From Methanocella sp. (lineage in GTDB: Archaea; Thermoproteota; Bathyarchaeia; Bathyarchaeales; Bathycorpusculaceae): DNA of 38,434 nt. Positions within the stretch are counted from its first letter, which is position 1. Each line of letters starts with the position of its first letter. The notes under the pieces were generated by a model. The model was not told the origin of the DNA. It saw only the letters and a list, made by a program, of their open reading frames with translations, and ran no database searches. Of the stretch, positions 1 through 8,811 are shown piece by piece. The translations under genes and the position numbers were made by a program. The stretch is taken from the NCBI GenBank assembly GCA_050261115.1, contig JBLNCY010000022.1:1-38434 (forward strand), in the 5' to 3' direction.

Positions 1-451
1 GCGCCTCGAATTCTGGGGGTAGCGCCATGACGGTGTCGCCGTGGCTCATCCAGACCTGTTCTTTCATGCTTAAGCCTTCGAGTACGCCGACTGGTTTGTC
101 GATGTTGACTTGGGCTATGCCGTATTCTTTGCAGCTTGCGGGTTCTACTTTGCCGTTAACCATCTGCGCAAGAAGCTGGTGACCGTAGCATAAGCCGAGT
201 ATGGGTAAGTTAACGTCTAGGATGCGGGTGTGGAGTTTGGGCGCGTTTTTGTCATAGACGCTTGAGGGTCCACCGGAGAGGATTATGCCTTTTATGTTGA
301 ATTTCTCGTTTAGCGAGTTGACTTCTTCCGGTGAGATGTCGTGTGGGACGATTTCGGAGTAGACACCGTGTTCTCGTATGCGTCTACCGATGAGGTGACA
401 GTATTGTCCGCCGAAGTCTAGGACAAGTATGGTGTCGTATTTGGCTGGCAT
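1..451 (-). CDS. guaA: GMP synthase glutamine amidotransferase region (partial, runs off window start)
   Basis: Manual translation from ATG at 451: MPAKYDTILVLDFGGQYCHLIGRRIREHGVYSEI...GIILSGGPSSVY...PILGLCYGHQL...VWMSHGD, which are class I GATase/GuaA motifs. Not in the ORF track because it is truncated. Confidence 0.93.
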   Translation of the reverse strand, partial: MPAKYDTILVLDFGGQYCHLIGRRIREHGVYSEIVPHDISPEEVNSLNEKFNIKGIILSGGPSSVYDKNAPKLHTRILDVNLPILGLCYGHQLLAQMVNGKVEPASCKEYGIAQVNIDKPVGVLEGLSMKEQVWMSHGDTVMALPPEFEA

Positions 452-664
452 GTTAATTCAGGGACTATGGCGTTTTGGGGTTAATTTAAGATTGCTCTCT
501 TTTTTCTTAGATAACTAAGTGTTTTGGTCGGTGTTTTTTATTGTAACACCCGTGGCTTTTGTAGGTGAGGAGCTAAACTTTTATAAACTTAATAAATAAA
601 TAATCAAAAGCACGTTTCATAAATCAGGGCTTAACTGAAAAAATGTACAGGGAAGAATGTAAGT

Positions 665-1108
665 ATGGAATTGAATGATACAGACGTAAAAATCCTCCAA
701 AGCCTCCTAGAAGACGCCCGCTTCTCAAGCCGACAAATCGCCAAAAACGTCGGCGTCTCAGTCGGAACCGTTTTATCCAGAATTAAAAAAATGGAAGATG
801 AAGGTCTAATCAAAGGCTACTCCGTTATCCTAGATCACGAAAAACTTGGCTACCAGCTAACCGTTGTTACCGAAATATCCGTTTCCAAGGGCAAATTAGT
901 GGAAACAGAGAATGAAATCGCCAAAATCCCCAACGTATGCGGCGTCTATGACGTTACAGGATTAACTGACGCAGTTATCATTGCTAAATTCAAGAGCAGA
1001 GAAGACCTAGGTGCCTTCACCAAGAAGATACTGTCACTGCCCTACATTGAACGCACCAACACGCATGTTGTGTTAACTACCGTTAAAGAAAACTTCCGCC
1101 TACTTTAG
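665..1108 (+). CDS. Lrp/AsnC family transcriptional regulator
   Basis: N-terminal HTH (DVKILQSLLEDARFSSRQIAKNVGVSVGTVLSRIKKMEDEGLIKGY) and C-terminal RAM domain (YDVTGLTD). Divergent from guaA. Confidence 0.93.
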   Translation: MELNDTDVKILQSLLEDARFSSRQIAKNVGVSVGTVLSRIKKMEDEGLIKGYSVILDHEKLGYQLTVVTEISVSKGKLVETENEIAKIPNVCGVYDVTGLTDAVIIAKFKSREDLGAFTKKILSLPYIERTNTHVVLTTVKENFRLL

Positions 1109-1222
1109 GCACCATTCTTCTTTTCCTTAATCTGTGGCTTTTAGGTTTTTTGCTCTTTTCTGCTGCAGTAGGTAATGGGCTTAGCGTTAAGAAGACATAT
1201 AACACAAAAACGTTATTCAGGT

Positions 1223-1819
1223 ATGGAAGTAGAAGGCAACCTGCCAATGAAACTAGGCTTTGACATTGATGGTGTAATCGCAAACGTTTCAGAATCGCTA
1301 ATTCAAACAATAAATAAAACCTACGGCATAACCATCACAGAACAGGACCTTACCCGTTTTAGTTTAAGCGTTGTCTTAGGAATAACTCGAGCTGAAGAAA
1401 AGCAGTTAATAACCGATGTCCTATATGGGGACTTGCCTATTTACCCTGATGCCAAAGAAACTCTTGAGCAACTAAGAAAGGAGGGGCACAACATTTACCT
1501 TTTAACGGGTAGATACAACTACCTTAAAGAGACAACCTTGTCTTGGCTTAAAGCCAAAGGTGTACCGTTTGATGAACTGCACCTGCTGGAGATGGGTCGC
1601 AAGTACCAAGCCAACATTGAAGGCCTAGCTGTGATCGTTGAAGACTCATTAGAAGAAGCGCTAGAATGGACGCCCAAAGCAAAATTGGTGCTCATATACG
1701 ATCACCCCTATAATCAAACGCTTAACGTCAAGAACCTGATAAAGCGAGTTCACTGTTGGAAGGAAATCTATCAAGAAATTTGTATGCTGGCGGATTCAAA
1801 TCAAACGAAGGGCGAGTAA
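1223..1819 (+). CDS. HAD-superfamily 5'(3')-nucleotidase-like (NT5C type) phosphatase
   Basis: Motif I GFDIDGV, motif II LLTGR, motif IV IVEDS, and a C-terminal HPYN. Start is probably ATG 1223 or 1247 rather than 1175. Confidence 0.8.
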   Translation: MEVEGNLPMKLGFDIDGVIANVSESLIQTINKTYGITITEQDLTRFSLSVVLGITRAEEKQLITDVLYGDLPIYPDAKETLEQLRKEGHNIYLLTGRYNYLKETTLSWLKAKGVPFDELHLLEMGRKYQANIEGLAVIVEDSLEEALEWTPKAKLVLIYDHPYNQTLNVKNLIKRVHCWKEIYQEICMLADSNQTKGE

Positions 1820-2085
1820 TTGGCGTGCGTACACTCTTTTGTTTGTTGGACATTCTGCTATTGATTAGGAGTATTTATGGCCGTTTGATCAGCTTTTTTG
1901 ACGCATAATTGTAAATCCATCCCCATGGTTGATTGAATAAATCACCTAGCCAGTTATATAGGCACCAAACACATGTTTCGTTTACCGTTTATGTTTATGA
2001 CTATTCTTACACATATATCGTATTAAACACCATTAAATACAAAAACAAGCATTCAAACTAAACAAACGTACAACTTTGAGGTAAA

Positions 2086-3441
2086 ATGAGAGGGAAAACA
2101 ATGTACAATTCTCCAGCACAATTTATGGATTATGTTAAAGAAAAAAATCCAGGCCAACCAGAATTTCACCAAGCAGTTTCAGAAGTAATCGAATCCGTCT
2201 GGCCAGTAATTGAAAAGAACCCCAAATATCAAAATGCCAACCTGCTGGAACGCATAGTCGAGCCCGAAAGAGTCACAATCTTCAGAGTAACTTGGGTAAA
2301 CGACAAAGGCGAAGTCCAAGTTAACCGTGGGTACCGCGTCCAGATGAACAGCGCCATTGGCCCCTACAAAGGCGGCTTACGCTTCCATCCAACAGTCAAC
2401 CTAAGCATACTCAAGTTCTTAGCTTTCGAGCAAGTCTTCAAAAACTCCCTAACCAGCCTGCCTATGGGCGGTGGTAAAGGAGGCGCAGATTTTGACCCCA
2501 AAGGCAAGAGCGATGCTGAAGTTATGCGCTTCTGCCAAAACTTCATGATTGAACTCAACCGCATAGTAGGCCCCAACACAGACGTACCAGCAGGTGACAT
2601 CGGCGTAGGCGGAAGAGAAATCGGCTACATGTTTGGCATGTATAAGAAACTACGCAATGAATTCACAGGTGTCCTAACTGGAAAGGGACTTAACTGGGGT
2701 GGCTCCTTGATAAGGCCAGAAGCAACCGGCTATGGCGCAACTTATTTAGCTGATGAAATGCTAAAGACGCGTAAAGAATCCTTCAAAGGCAAAATCGTAA
2801 CCGTTTCAGGTTCAGGAAACGTCGCCCAATATACAGTTGAAAAAGTCAACCAACTAGGCGGCAAAGTAGTCACCCTATCTGACTCCGATGGAACAATCTA
2901 TGACAAAGACGGCATTGACGAAACAAAACTAGCCTACGTCATGGATTTAAAGAACAACAAGCGTGGACGCATAAGCGAATATGCAAAGAAATACAAGAAT
3001 GTAGAGTTCCTTGCTGGCAAACGTCCATGGGGCATAAAGTGTGATGTTGCCTTCCCAAGCGCGACCCAGAATGAAATCAGCGGCGACGACGCAGAAACCC
3101 TCGTCAATAATGGTTGCATATGTGTTTGTGAAGGTGCAAACATGCCAACTACACCTGAAGGTGTCGAAGTCTTCTTGAAGGCAAAAATCCTCTATGCACC
3201 AGGTAAAGCAGCAAATGCAGGCGGTGTCGCTACTTCGGGTCTAGAAATGTCTCAGAATAGCTTACGCCTCTCATGGACACGCGAGGAAGTAGATGAAAGA
3301 CTCCACAACATCATGAAATCCATCCACGCCACATGCGTAAAGTATGGCAAAGAGGACGGCTTTGTAAACTACGTTAAGGGCGCTAACGTCGGTGGCTTTG
3401 TGAAAGTTGCTGATGCAATGCTTGACCAAGGCGTAATCTAA
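2086..3441 (+). CDS. gdhA: NADP-specific glutamate dehydrogenase (E. coli GdhA type)
   Basis: GPYKGGLRFHP, KNSLTSLPMGGGKGG, DVPAGDIGVG, RPEATGYG, SGSGNVA, EGANMP. Alternative start at ATG 2101. Confidence 0.96.
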   Translation: MRGKTMYNSPAQFMDYVKEKNPGQPEFHQAVSEVIESVWPVIEKNPKYQNANLLERIVEPERVTIFRVTWVNDKGEVQVNRGYRVQMNSAIGPYKGGLRFHPTVNLSILKFLAFEQVFKNSLTSLPMGGGKGGADFDPKGKSDAEVMRFCQNFMIELNRIVGPNTDVPAGDIGVGGREIGYMFGMYKKLRNEFTGVLTGKGLNWGGSLIRPEATGYGATYLADEMLKTRKESFKGKIVTVSGSGNVAQYTVEKVNQLGGKVVTLSDSDGTIYDKDGIDETKLAYVMDLKNNKRGRISEYAKKYKNVEFLAGKRPWGIKCDVAFPSATQNEISGDDAETLVNNGCICVCEGANMPTTPEGVEVFLKAKILYAPGKAANAGGVATSGLEMSQNSLRLSWTREEVDERLHNIMKSIHATCVKYGKEDGFVNYVKGANVGGFVKVADAMLDQGVI

Positions 3442-3470
3442 AAGCCCCCAAGGCTTTTTCTTATTTTTTT
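3440..3470 (+). terminator. Hairpin plus oligo-T terminator candidate after gdhA
   Basis: AAAAGCC-cccaa-GGCTTTT inverted repeat followed by TCTTATTTTTTT, between convergent genes. Confidence 0.5.
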
Positions 3471-3474
3471 AGAA

Positions 3475-3813
3475 TTAGAAGTTAGTCAGGTGTTCTTCAA
3501 CTACTTGCGGCCCTCTGAGGCACTGGGGGCATACACAGGTAAACGGTAGATTTTTAGTCGTGCATACATCGATGTAGCTGCAGCCTTTGCATGCAAATGA
3601 CTTGCCACAGCGAGTGCAGTTCTGCATGAATACAACTTCGTCCTTTAGTATGCTGCTGATTTCGCCAATAACTTTCTCGATGTTATCATAGCTCTTGATT
3701 GAAAAAAGCATCGAACTACGGTCATAATCCAAGCCAAGGTGCATTAGATTAACGAATTTTTCTCTCTCAAGCCGCGGAAGCTTGAAGCCTTTACTGTTTA
3801 GAACAATTGTCAT
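3475..3813 (-). CDS. Hypothetical 8-Cys metal-binding protein, translationally coupled to rfcL
   Basis: C-x2-C-x5-C-x2-C-x5-C-x8-C-x-C-x2-C pattern. Its ATG lies 1 nt after the rfcL stop. Confidence 0.75.
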   Translation of the reverse strand: MTIVLNSKGFKLPRLEREKFVNLMHLGLDYDRSSMLFSIKSYDNIEKVIGEISSILKDEVVFMQNCTRCGKSFACKGCSYIDVCTTKNLPFTCVCPQCLRGPQVVEEHLTNF

Positions 3814-3814
3814 G

Positions 3815-5065
3815 TCAATACCTACCCATCGTAACCAAATAGTTCACTTCTTCAGGCGTCAACTTGAAGGATGCCACTAAGGGGTGATTACGTTTCTTCT
3901 GCAGAATCAACCGAACATAGGGGATGAATACCGATCGAGCGGTTTCGACTGACACATGGCATTGTGCTCCGATCTTTGCACATATGCCCTCAAGCATGGT
4001 GCGTTTGGATTTAGTCCAAAACAGCGTCATGATGCGTAGGGGCGGCGCGATGAATGTGAAGGGCTTATAGGATTGCGGGTTAACTGCAGACGCCTCAGAC
4101 AGTTCGTTGTAGAAGTATTTTAGCAGATGCCAGTTTTCGGTGCCGATTCTGCCACGGAAAAGATCTGCCCGCGATACATGCTCAAAGGCTTTGGCGAGTT
4201 CTACTGGGTCAGGGTAGCGTTTAGGCATGTTATCGGCTACGGAGAGGAGAAAGTCGTCGTAGTCAATGCTTGAGAAAGCTAGCATGCTGGAGGTTTCGGC
4301 TATTGATTGGGCTGCAAAGTAGCGACGGAGGGTTTCGTCTAGACTTATGTCTTTATTGCGGCTACTCAACAGCAGGGTATCCTGCAAGGTCAGGGTATGG
4401 CTTTCTTCGCTGAGGCTTTGCAGGTCGTTTATGGCTGAGCGGACATCGCCTTTGCTGTTTTTGGCTATGCGTTCAAGCGCCTCGAACTCTGCTTGGATAT
4501 TCTCCAATTGGCAAATCTTCTGCAGAAGCGCTATGATGAGTGGGATGCGTACCTCGTGGAAGCGAATCAGCAGGCATGCTTTTTTAAGTGGGCGAAGCTT
4601 CTCGATGTCTGGGTCATTTGCCGCCAAGATGACTGGCACAAGGGATTCTTGGATGATTTTTATGATGGCGCTTACTCCGCCACGGTCTTCGTTGCCTGCG
4701 ATGCCGTCGACTTCATCGAGGAAAAGGATGTTGCCGATTGAATGGTCAGGGTTGTCTGTGAACCTGTCAAGTGAAGCATAGGATGTAGCGGGTTTTGCGA
4801 CTTCGTTTATGGCTTTTTCGTTTCGGGTGTCACTAGCATTCATCTCGATGACGATGAAGCGGAATTCTCTTGCTGCAGCCATAACCAGTGTTGTTTTGCC
4901 GACTCCGGGCGGACCATAGAGTAGCACTGCTTTTTTGGTATGGCGTTTGTTTTTTAGCCATTCAATGAAGAGTGCTTTGGCTTCATCGTTGCCGGTGACT
5001 TCCTCTATTTTTTTGGGTCGATACTTCTCAACCCAGAGGAGAGGCTGCTCACTTTGCATCTGCAT
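3815..5065 (-). CDS. rfcL: Replication factor C large subunit
   Basis: WVEKYRP, Walker A GPPGVGKT, EMNASD, Walker B DEVDG, GDVRSAINDLQ. Follows rfcS with a 17-nt overlap. Confidence 0.95.
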   Translation of the reverse strand: MQMQSEQPLLWVEKYRPKKIEEVTGNDEAKALFIEWLKNKRHTKKAVLLYGPPGVGKTTLVMAAAREFRFIVIEMNASDTRNEKAINEVAKPATSYASLDRFTDNPDHSIGNILFLDEVDGIAGNEDRGGVSAIIKIIQESLVPVILAANDPDIEKLRPLKKACLLIRFHEVRIPLIIALLQKICQLENIQAEFEALERIAKNSKGDVRSAINDLQSLSEESHTLTLQDTLLLSSRNKDISLDETLRRYFAAQSIAETSSMLAFSSIDYDDFLLSVADNMPKRYPDPVELAKAFEHVSRADLFRGRIGTENWHLLKYFYNELSEASAVNPQSYKPFTFIAPPLRIMTLFWTKSKRTMLEGICAKIGAQCHVSVETARSVFIPYVRLILQKKRNHPLVASFKLTPEEVNYLVTMGRY

Positions 5066-6062
5066 AATTGCCCTCTATACTTTTACCGAACTTGCCAAAT
5101 TGTGCTAGAAGCGCGCTGAGTTGGATATCGCTGTTGGCGCCCTCGGTTAAGCGGAAATCATATTCGCCGATGATACTTGAAAGGTCTGCTTTCTGCTCAG
5201 CGGTTAAGTCGCTCATTTTGAAGATTTCACGTTGTATTTGACGAATAATCTCGGTTCCGCTGAAGCCGAAATTCCCCATAATGTCATACATTACTTTACG
5301 TGCCTCCATAAAATCGCCATATAGCGCTTTTCGGATCATTTTTTGCACTTGCATGGGGCTTGCCTCGCCGATGACTAATGCGACGGTTTTCTCGTCTATG
5401 ACGCCTTCTTTGTAGGCAGAGGCGGTTTGGAGGGCGTTGATGGCATGGCGCAGGTCGCCTTCGGAGAATTCTACAATGCGATCTGCCGCTTCAGGTAGGA
5501 GAACGTATTTTTCTTTGGCTGCAATGTCGATTAAATGTTGTTTCATGGCTGATTTTTCGACGCGGCTGAAGCGGAAGATGGCACATCGGCTCTGAATGGG
5601 TTCGATTATTTTGCTAGATTGGTTACAAATCAGGATGAATCTAGACGTACGGGACCCGGTTTCCATAATTCGACGCAGAGCTGTTTGAGCTGGTCCGGTC
5701 ATTTGGTCGCATTCATCTAGGATGATTAGGGCGAAGGGTATGTTGCCTCCGAAGCCTGTTCGGCTGTAGCGGCTGAAGTCTTTAATGCGTTCTCGGACAG
5801 TGTCGATGCCACGTTCGTCTGAGGCGTTTAATTCGAGGGTAAAGCTTCTCCAGTTTGCTCCATAGAGGGTGTGGGCTATGACGAGTGCTAGGGTGGTTTT
5901 TCCAGTGCCGGGTACACCTGCGAACATAAGGTGCGGCATGGTTTTGGGGTTTTTCATGAATGCTTTGAGACTGTCTACGATATCTTTTAGGCCTACGACT
6001 TCGTCTAGGGTTTTGGGTCGGTATTTCTCAACCCACATAAGTGCATCTTCGGATAATGCCAT
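5049..6062 (-). CDS. rfcS: Replication factor C small subunit
   Basis: WVEKYRP, GVPGTGKT, LELNASDERGID, DECD, IQSRC arginine finger. No intein. Confidence 0.96.
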   Translation of the reverse strand: MALSEDALMWVEKYRPKTLDEVVGLKDIVDSLKAFMKNPKTMPHLMFAGVPGTGKTTLALVIAHTLYGANWRSFTLELNASDERGIDTVRERIKDFSRYSRTGFGGNIPFALIILDECDQMTGPAQTALRRIMETGSRTSRFILICNQSSKIIEPIQSRCAIFRFSRVEKSAMKQHLIDIAAKEKYVLLPEAADRIVEFSEGDLRHAINALQTASAYKEGVIDEKTVALVIGEASPMQVQKMIRKALYGDFMEARKVMYDIMGNFGFSGTEIIRQIQREIFKMSDLTAEQKADLSSIIGEYDFRLTEGANSDIQLSALLAQFGKFGKSIEGNYADAK

Positions 6063-6291
6063 AAGAGATTCTCCACAAGTAACTGTTCTTAGGGATAATC
6101 TGCGGTATTGGATTTAACTTTTCTGCAAATTGTTGCGTATTCTTAGGCCGCTTTTCTTGTCTTAAGAATATAGAGCGGGTTACTCCGCTTCTTTTTAAGG
6201 TCTGGTTTCTAGCAACCTATCGAGGTATCCATACTATTTTAATAAACAACATTGTTTACTCTATATACCTAAAATCGTGTAAGGTGACCAT

Positions 6292-7347
6292 GTGAAAGCG
6301 TTGATATTAGCAGGCGGCTTTGCAACGAGGCTGCGACCGCTAAGCTGTGCGCGGCCAAAAACCCTTTTCCCAATTGTTAACAAGCCCCTTCTACAATGGA
6401 TCTTTGAGGGGCTAGCAGAAAGTGGAGTAAACGAGGCCATAATGGCAGTCAACGCCTTAACCCAATTTCACATCCGACAACAGAAACCGCCCCGATGCGG
6501 CTTGAAAGTCAGATTTTCGGTCGACCCCCCTAAAAAGCCACTGGGAACCGGAGGCCCCATCAAGAAGGCAGAGAAACTCTTAGGCCACGACGAACCCTTC
6601 TTTGTCCTTAACGGTGACATTTACGCCGAAATAGATTACAAAAAAATCCTCGAAGTGCACAAGAAAACCAAAGCTATCGCTACCGTGGCGCTTTGTTGCG
6701 TTGATGATCCCAGTAGCTTTGGAGTAGTTGAACTCAATGGCGACCACATTAAATGCTTTGTTGAGAAACCGCCTAAGGATCAGGCGCCAAGCAACCTCAT
6801 AAATGCAGGCGCATATGTGCTTAGCCCCGAAATTTTCAGCTACATCCCCGATGGAAGAGCAGTGTCAATTGAACGGGAAGTTTTCCCTAGGCTTGCTGAG
6901 GCAGGCAAGCTTGCGGGTTGTCGCATCGACGGTTTATGGATGGATATCGGTAAGCCCTATGAGTACCTGCAAGCCAACAAAACCGTGCTAGATGCCATCG
7001 GCAGCAAAATAGTTAAGCCCAAAGCGGATGGTGTCAAAATCAATGGCCCTGTGGCCCTTGATCGAGGTGTCAGCATCGGTGAAAAATCAGTCATTGGCCC
7101 CTATGCAATCATTGGAAAAAACGTAAAAGTCGGCATAAACGTAACCATAAACAACTCCGTTATTTTTCCCAACGTGACTATCGAGGACGACGCAATCATC
7201 GAGGGTGCGGTTGTCGGCGAGAACGTGCATGTAGCCAAGAACGTAAAGCTAGAAAAGGGCTGTATAGTTGGCGATCAATGCCGGATTCGATCCAATGTGG
7301 ATTTACATGAGAACTCGGCGGTGTGCCCAGCGAAAGAAATCTCTTGA
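6292..7347 (+). CDS. Sugar-1-phosphate nucleotidyltransferase (mannose-1-phosphate guanylyltransferase/GlmU-like) with C-terminal left-handed beta-helix
   Basis: LAGGFATRLRPLS..RPK, LGTGG, LNGD, FVEKP, WMDIG and hexapeptide repeats. GTG start preceded by an AAGGTGA Shine-Dalgarno. Confidence 0.9.
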   Translation: MKALILAGGFATRLRPLSCARPKTLFPIVNKPLLQWIFEGLAESGVNEAIMAVNALTQFHIRQQKPPRCGLKVRFSVDPPKKPLGTGGPIKKAEKLLGHDEPFFVLNGDIYAEIDYKKILEVHKKTKAIATVALCCVDDPSSFGVVELNGDHIKCFVEKPPKDQAPSNLINAGAYVLSPEIFSYIPDGRAVSIEREVFPRLAEAGKLAGCRIDGLWMDIGKPYEYLQANKTVLDAIGSKIVKPKADGVKINGPVALDRGVSIGEKSVIGPYAIIGKNVKVGINVTINNSVIFPNVTIEDDAIIEGAVVGENVHVAKNVKLEKGCIVGDQCRIRSNVDLHENSAVCPAKEIS

Positions 7348-7413
7348 AAACCTTTTAAACAGAAAGGGGCTGTAGTTAAGGTGCACACACTTACTAGTAC
7401 AGGATGAAACTAT

Positions 7414-8784
7414 ATGAGCAGTACAAAACTTTTCGGAACAAACGGTGTCCGCGGTGTAGTTAACGTTGAATTGACACCTGAAATGGCTATTAAACTTGGA
7501 GCCTCAATTGGGACTTTTTTTGGCAAGGGCAAAAACCTCATAATCGGCTATGACGCCCGCACCAGCGGCCCCATGTTTGCCAAAGCTGTTACCTCTGGCT
7601 TAATGGCAGCAGGCTGCACTGTTTACGATGTTGGTTTGGCTTCAACCCCCGCGATTCAGTTCTCGGTTAAGAACCACAACATGGATGGGGGAGTTATCAT
7701 CTCAGCCTCTCACAATCCACCTCAATACAATGGAATTAAATGTGTCTGGAGTGACGGCATTGAAACAAGTCATGAACAGGAAGCGGAAATCGAAGCCATC
7801 TACTTTAACAATACAATTAACTATGCCGCTTGGAATGAGCTTGGGATTAAACGCGAGTTGCCCAATGTTAACGAGGAATACAAGGACGCCATAAAAAAAC
7901 ATGTCAACCCAAACCTGATAGCAGAGAAAAAATTCCATGTTGTGGTCGATGCTGCTAACAGCGTCGGCGGCATCGCACTGCCACCCCTGTTGAGAGAGTT
8001 GGGAAGCAAAGTAACAACCATAAACGCAAACATCGACGGAACCTTCCCTGGCAGACTTCCTGAACCTCGACCCGAAAGCCTAGGTGATCTCTCTGCGACC
8101 GTAAAAGCAGTCGGCGCAGACCTAGGCGTAGCTTTCGATGGAGATGCTGACCGTTCAATCTTTTGTGATAGCCACGGAGTCATCTACTGGGGCGACAAAA
8201 CCTTTGCGGTAGTCATAAAACAGTACCTTCTCAAGAATCCCAGTGCAAAAATCGTTACACCGGTTAGCTCCTCTACCCTAATCAAGGACACTGTGGAAGC
8301 CTATAAGGGTCAACTAATCTGGACAAAAGTGGGTAGCGTTACCGTCTCGCAGACCATGAAAGCAGAGAATGCAAACTTGGGCGGTGAGGAAAACGGCGGC
8401 ATATTCTACCGACCCCATCAAGCAGTGCGCGATGGAGCAATGACCACTGCATTGTTGCTAAACATAATGGCTGAAACAGGTAAATCACTTGCAGAGCTCA
8501 TCGCTGAGCAGCCTCAATACTTCCTTGAAAAGGGCAAAATCGAGTGCCCCAACGGAAAAAAAGAGCCCCTACTAAAGCGACTCTATGAAGAGGTAAAGAA
8601 CGAAAACGTTAGCACCATCGATGGAGTGAAAATCTGGTTCAATAACGCCAGCGCTATCCTAATCCGGCCAAGCGGGACCGAACCTGTCTTTAGACTCTAC
8701 GCTGAAGCAAAGGACCAAGAGAAGGCCATAAAGCTAGTCGCGGACTATACTGCAAAGCTTGAAAAGCTACTTGCCACTATGTAG
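7414..8784 (+). CDS. glmM: Phosphohexomutase (phosphoglucosamine mutase / PMM-PGM)
   Basis: FGTNGVRG, SASHNP phosphoserine loop, DGDADR metal loop, GEENGG, IRPSGTEP. Confidence 0.88.
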   Translation: MSSTKLFGTNGVRGVVNVELTPEMAIKLGASIGTFFGKGKNLIIGYDARTSGPMFAKAVTSGLMAAGCTVYDVGLASTPAIQFSVKNHNMDGGVIISASHNPPQYNGIKCVWSDGIETSHEQEAEIEAIYFNNTINYAAWNELGIKRELPNVNEEYKDAIKKHVNPNLIAEKKFHVVVDAANSVGGIALPPLLRELGSKVTTINANIDGTFPGRLPEPRPESLGDLSATVKAVGADLGVAFDGDADRSIFCDSHGVIYWGDKTFAVVIKQYLLKNPSAKIVTPVSSSTLIKDTVEAYKGQLIWTKVGSVTVSQTMKAENANLGGEENGGIFYRPHQAVRDGAMTTALLLNIMAETGKSLAELIAEQPQYFLEKGKIECPNGKKEPLLKRLYEEVKNENVSTIDGVKIWFNNASAILIRPSGTEPVFRLYAEAKDQEKAIKLVADYTAKLEKLLATM

Positions 8785-8811
8785 TCTTCTTCCAATCTAA
8801 GGAGCCTTCCC

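Noticed and set aside
1916-1935. Partial arm-B match CCCATGGTTGATT upstream of gdhA
   Set aside because: The match is short with no TATATATA core and could be chance.
5049-6062. Intein in RfcS
   Set aside because: The protein is normal length with an uninterrupted Walker A and no splicing motifs.
6174-6197. Hairpin AGCGG-gttact-CCGCT plus T tract in the divergent rfcS/nucleotidyltransferase spacer
   Set aside because: It is only a 5-bp stem and no transcript is expected to end there, so support is insufficient.
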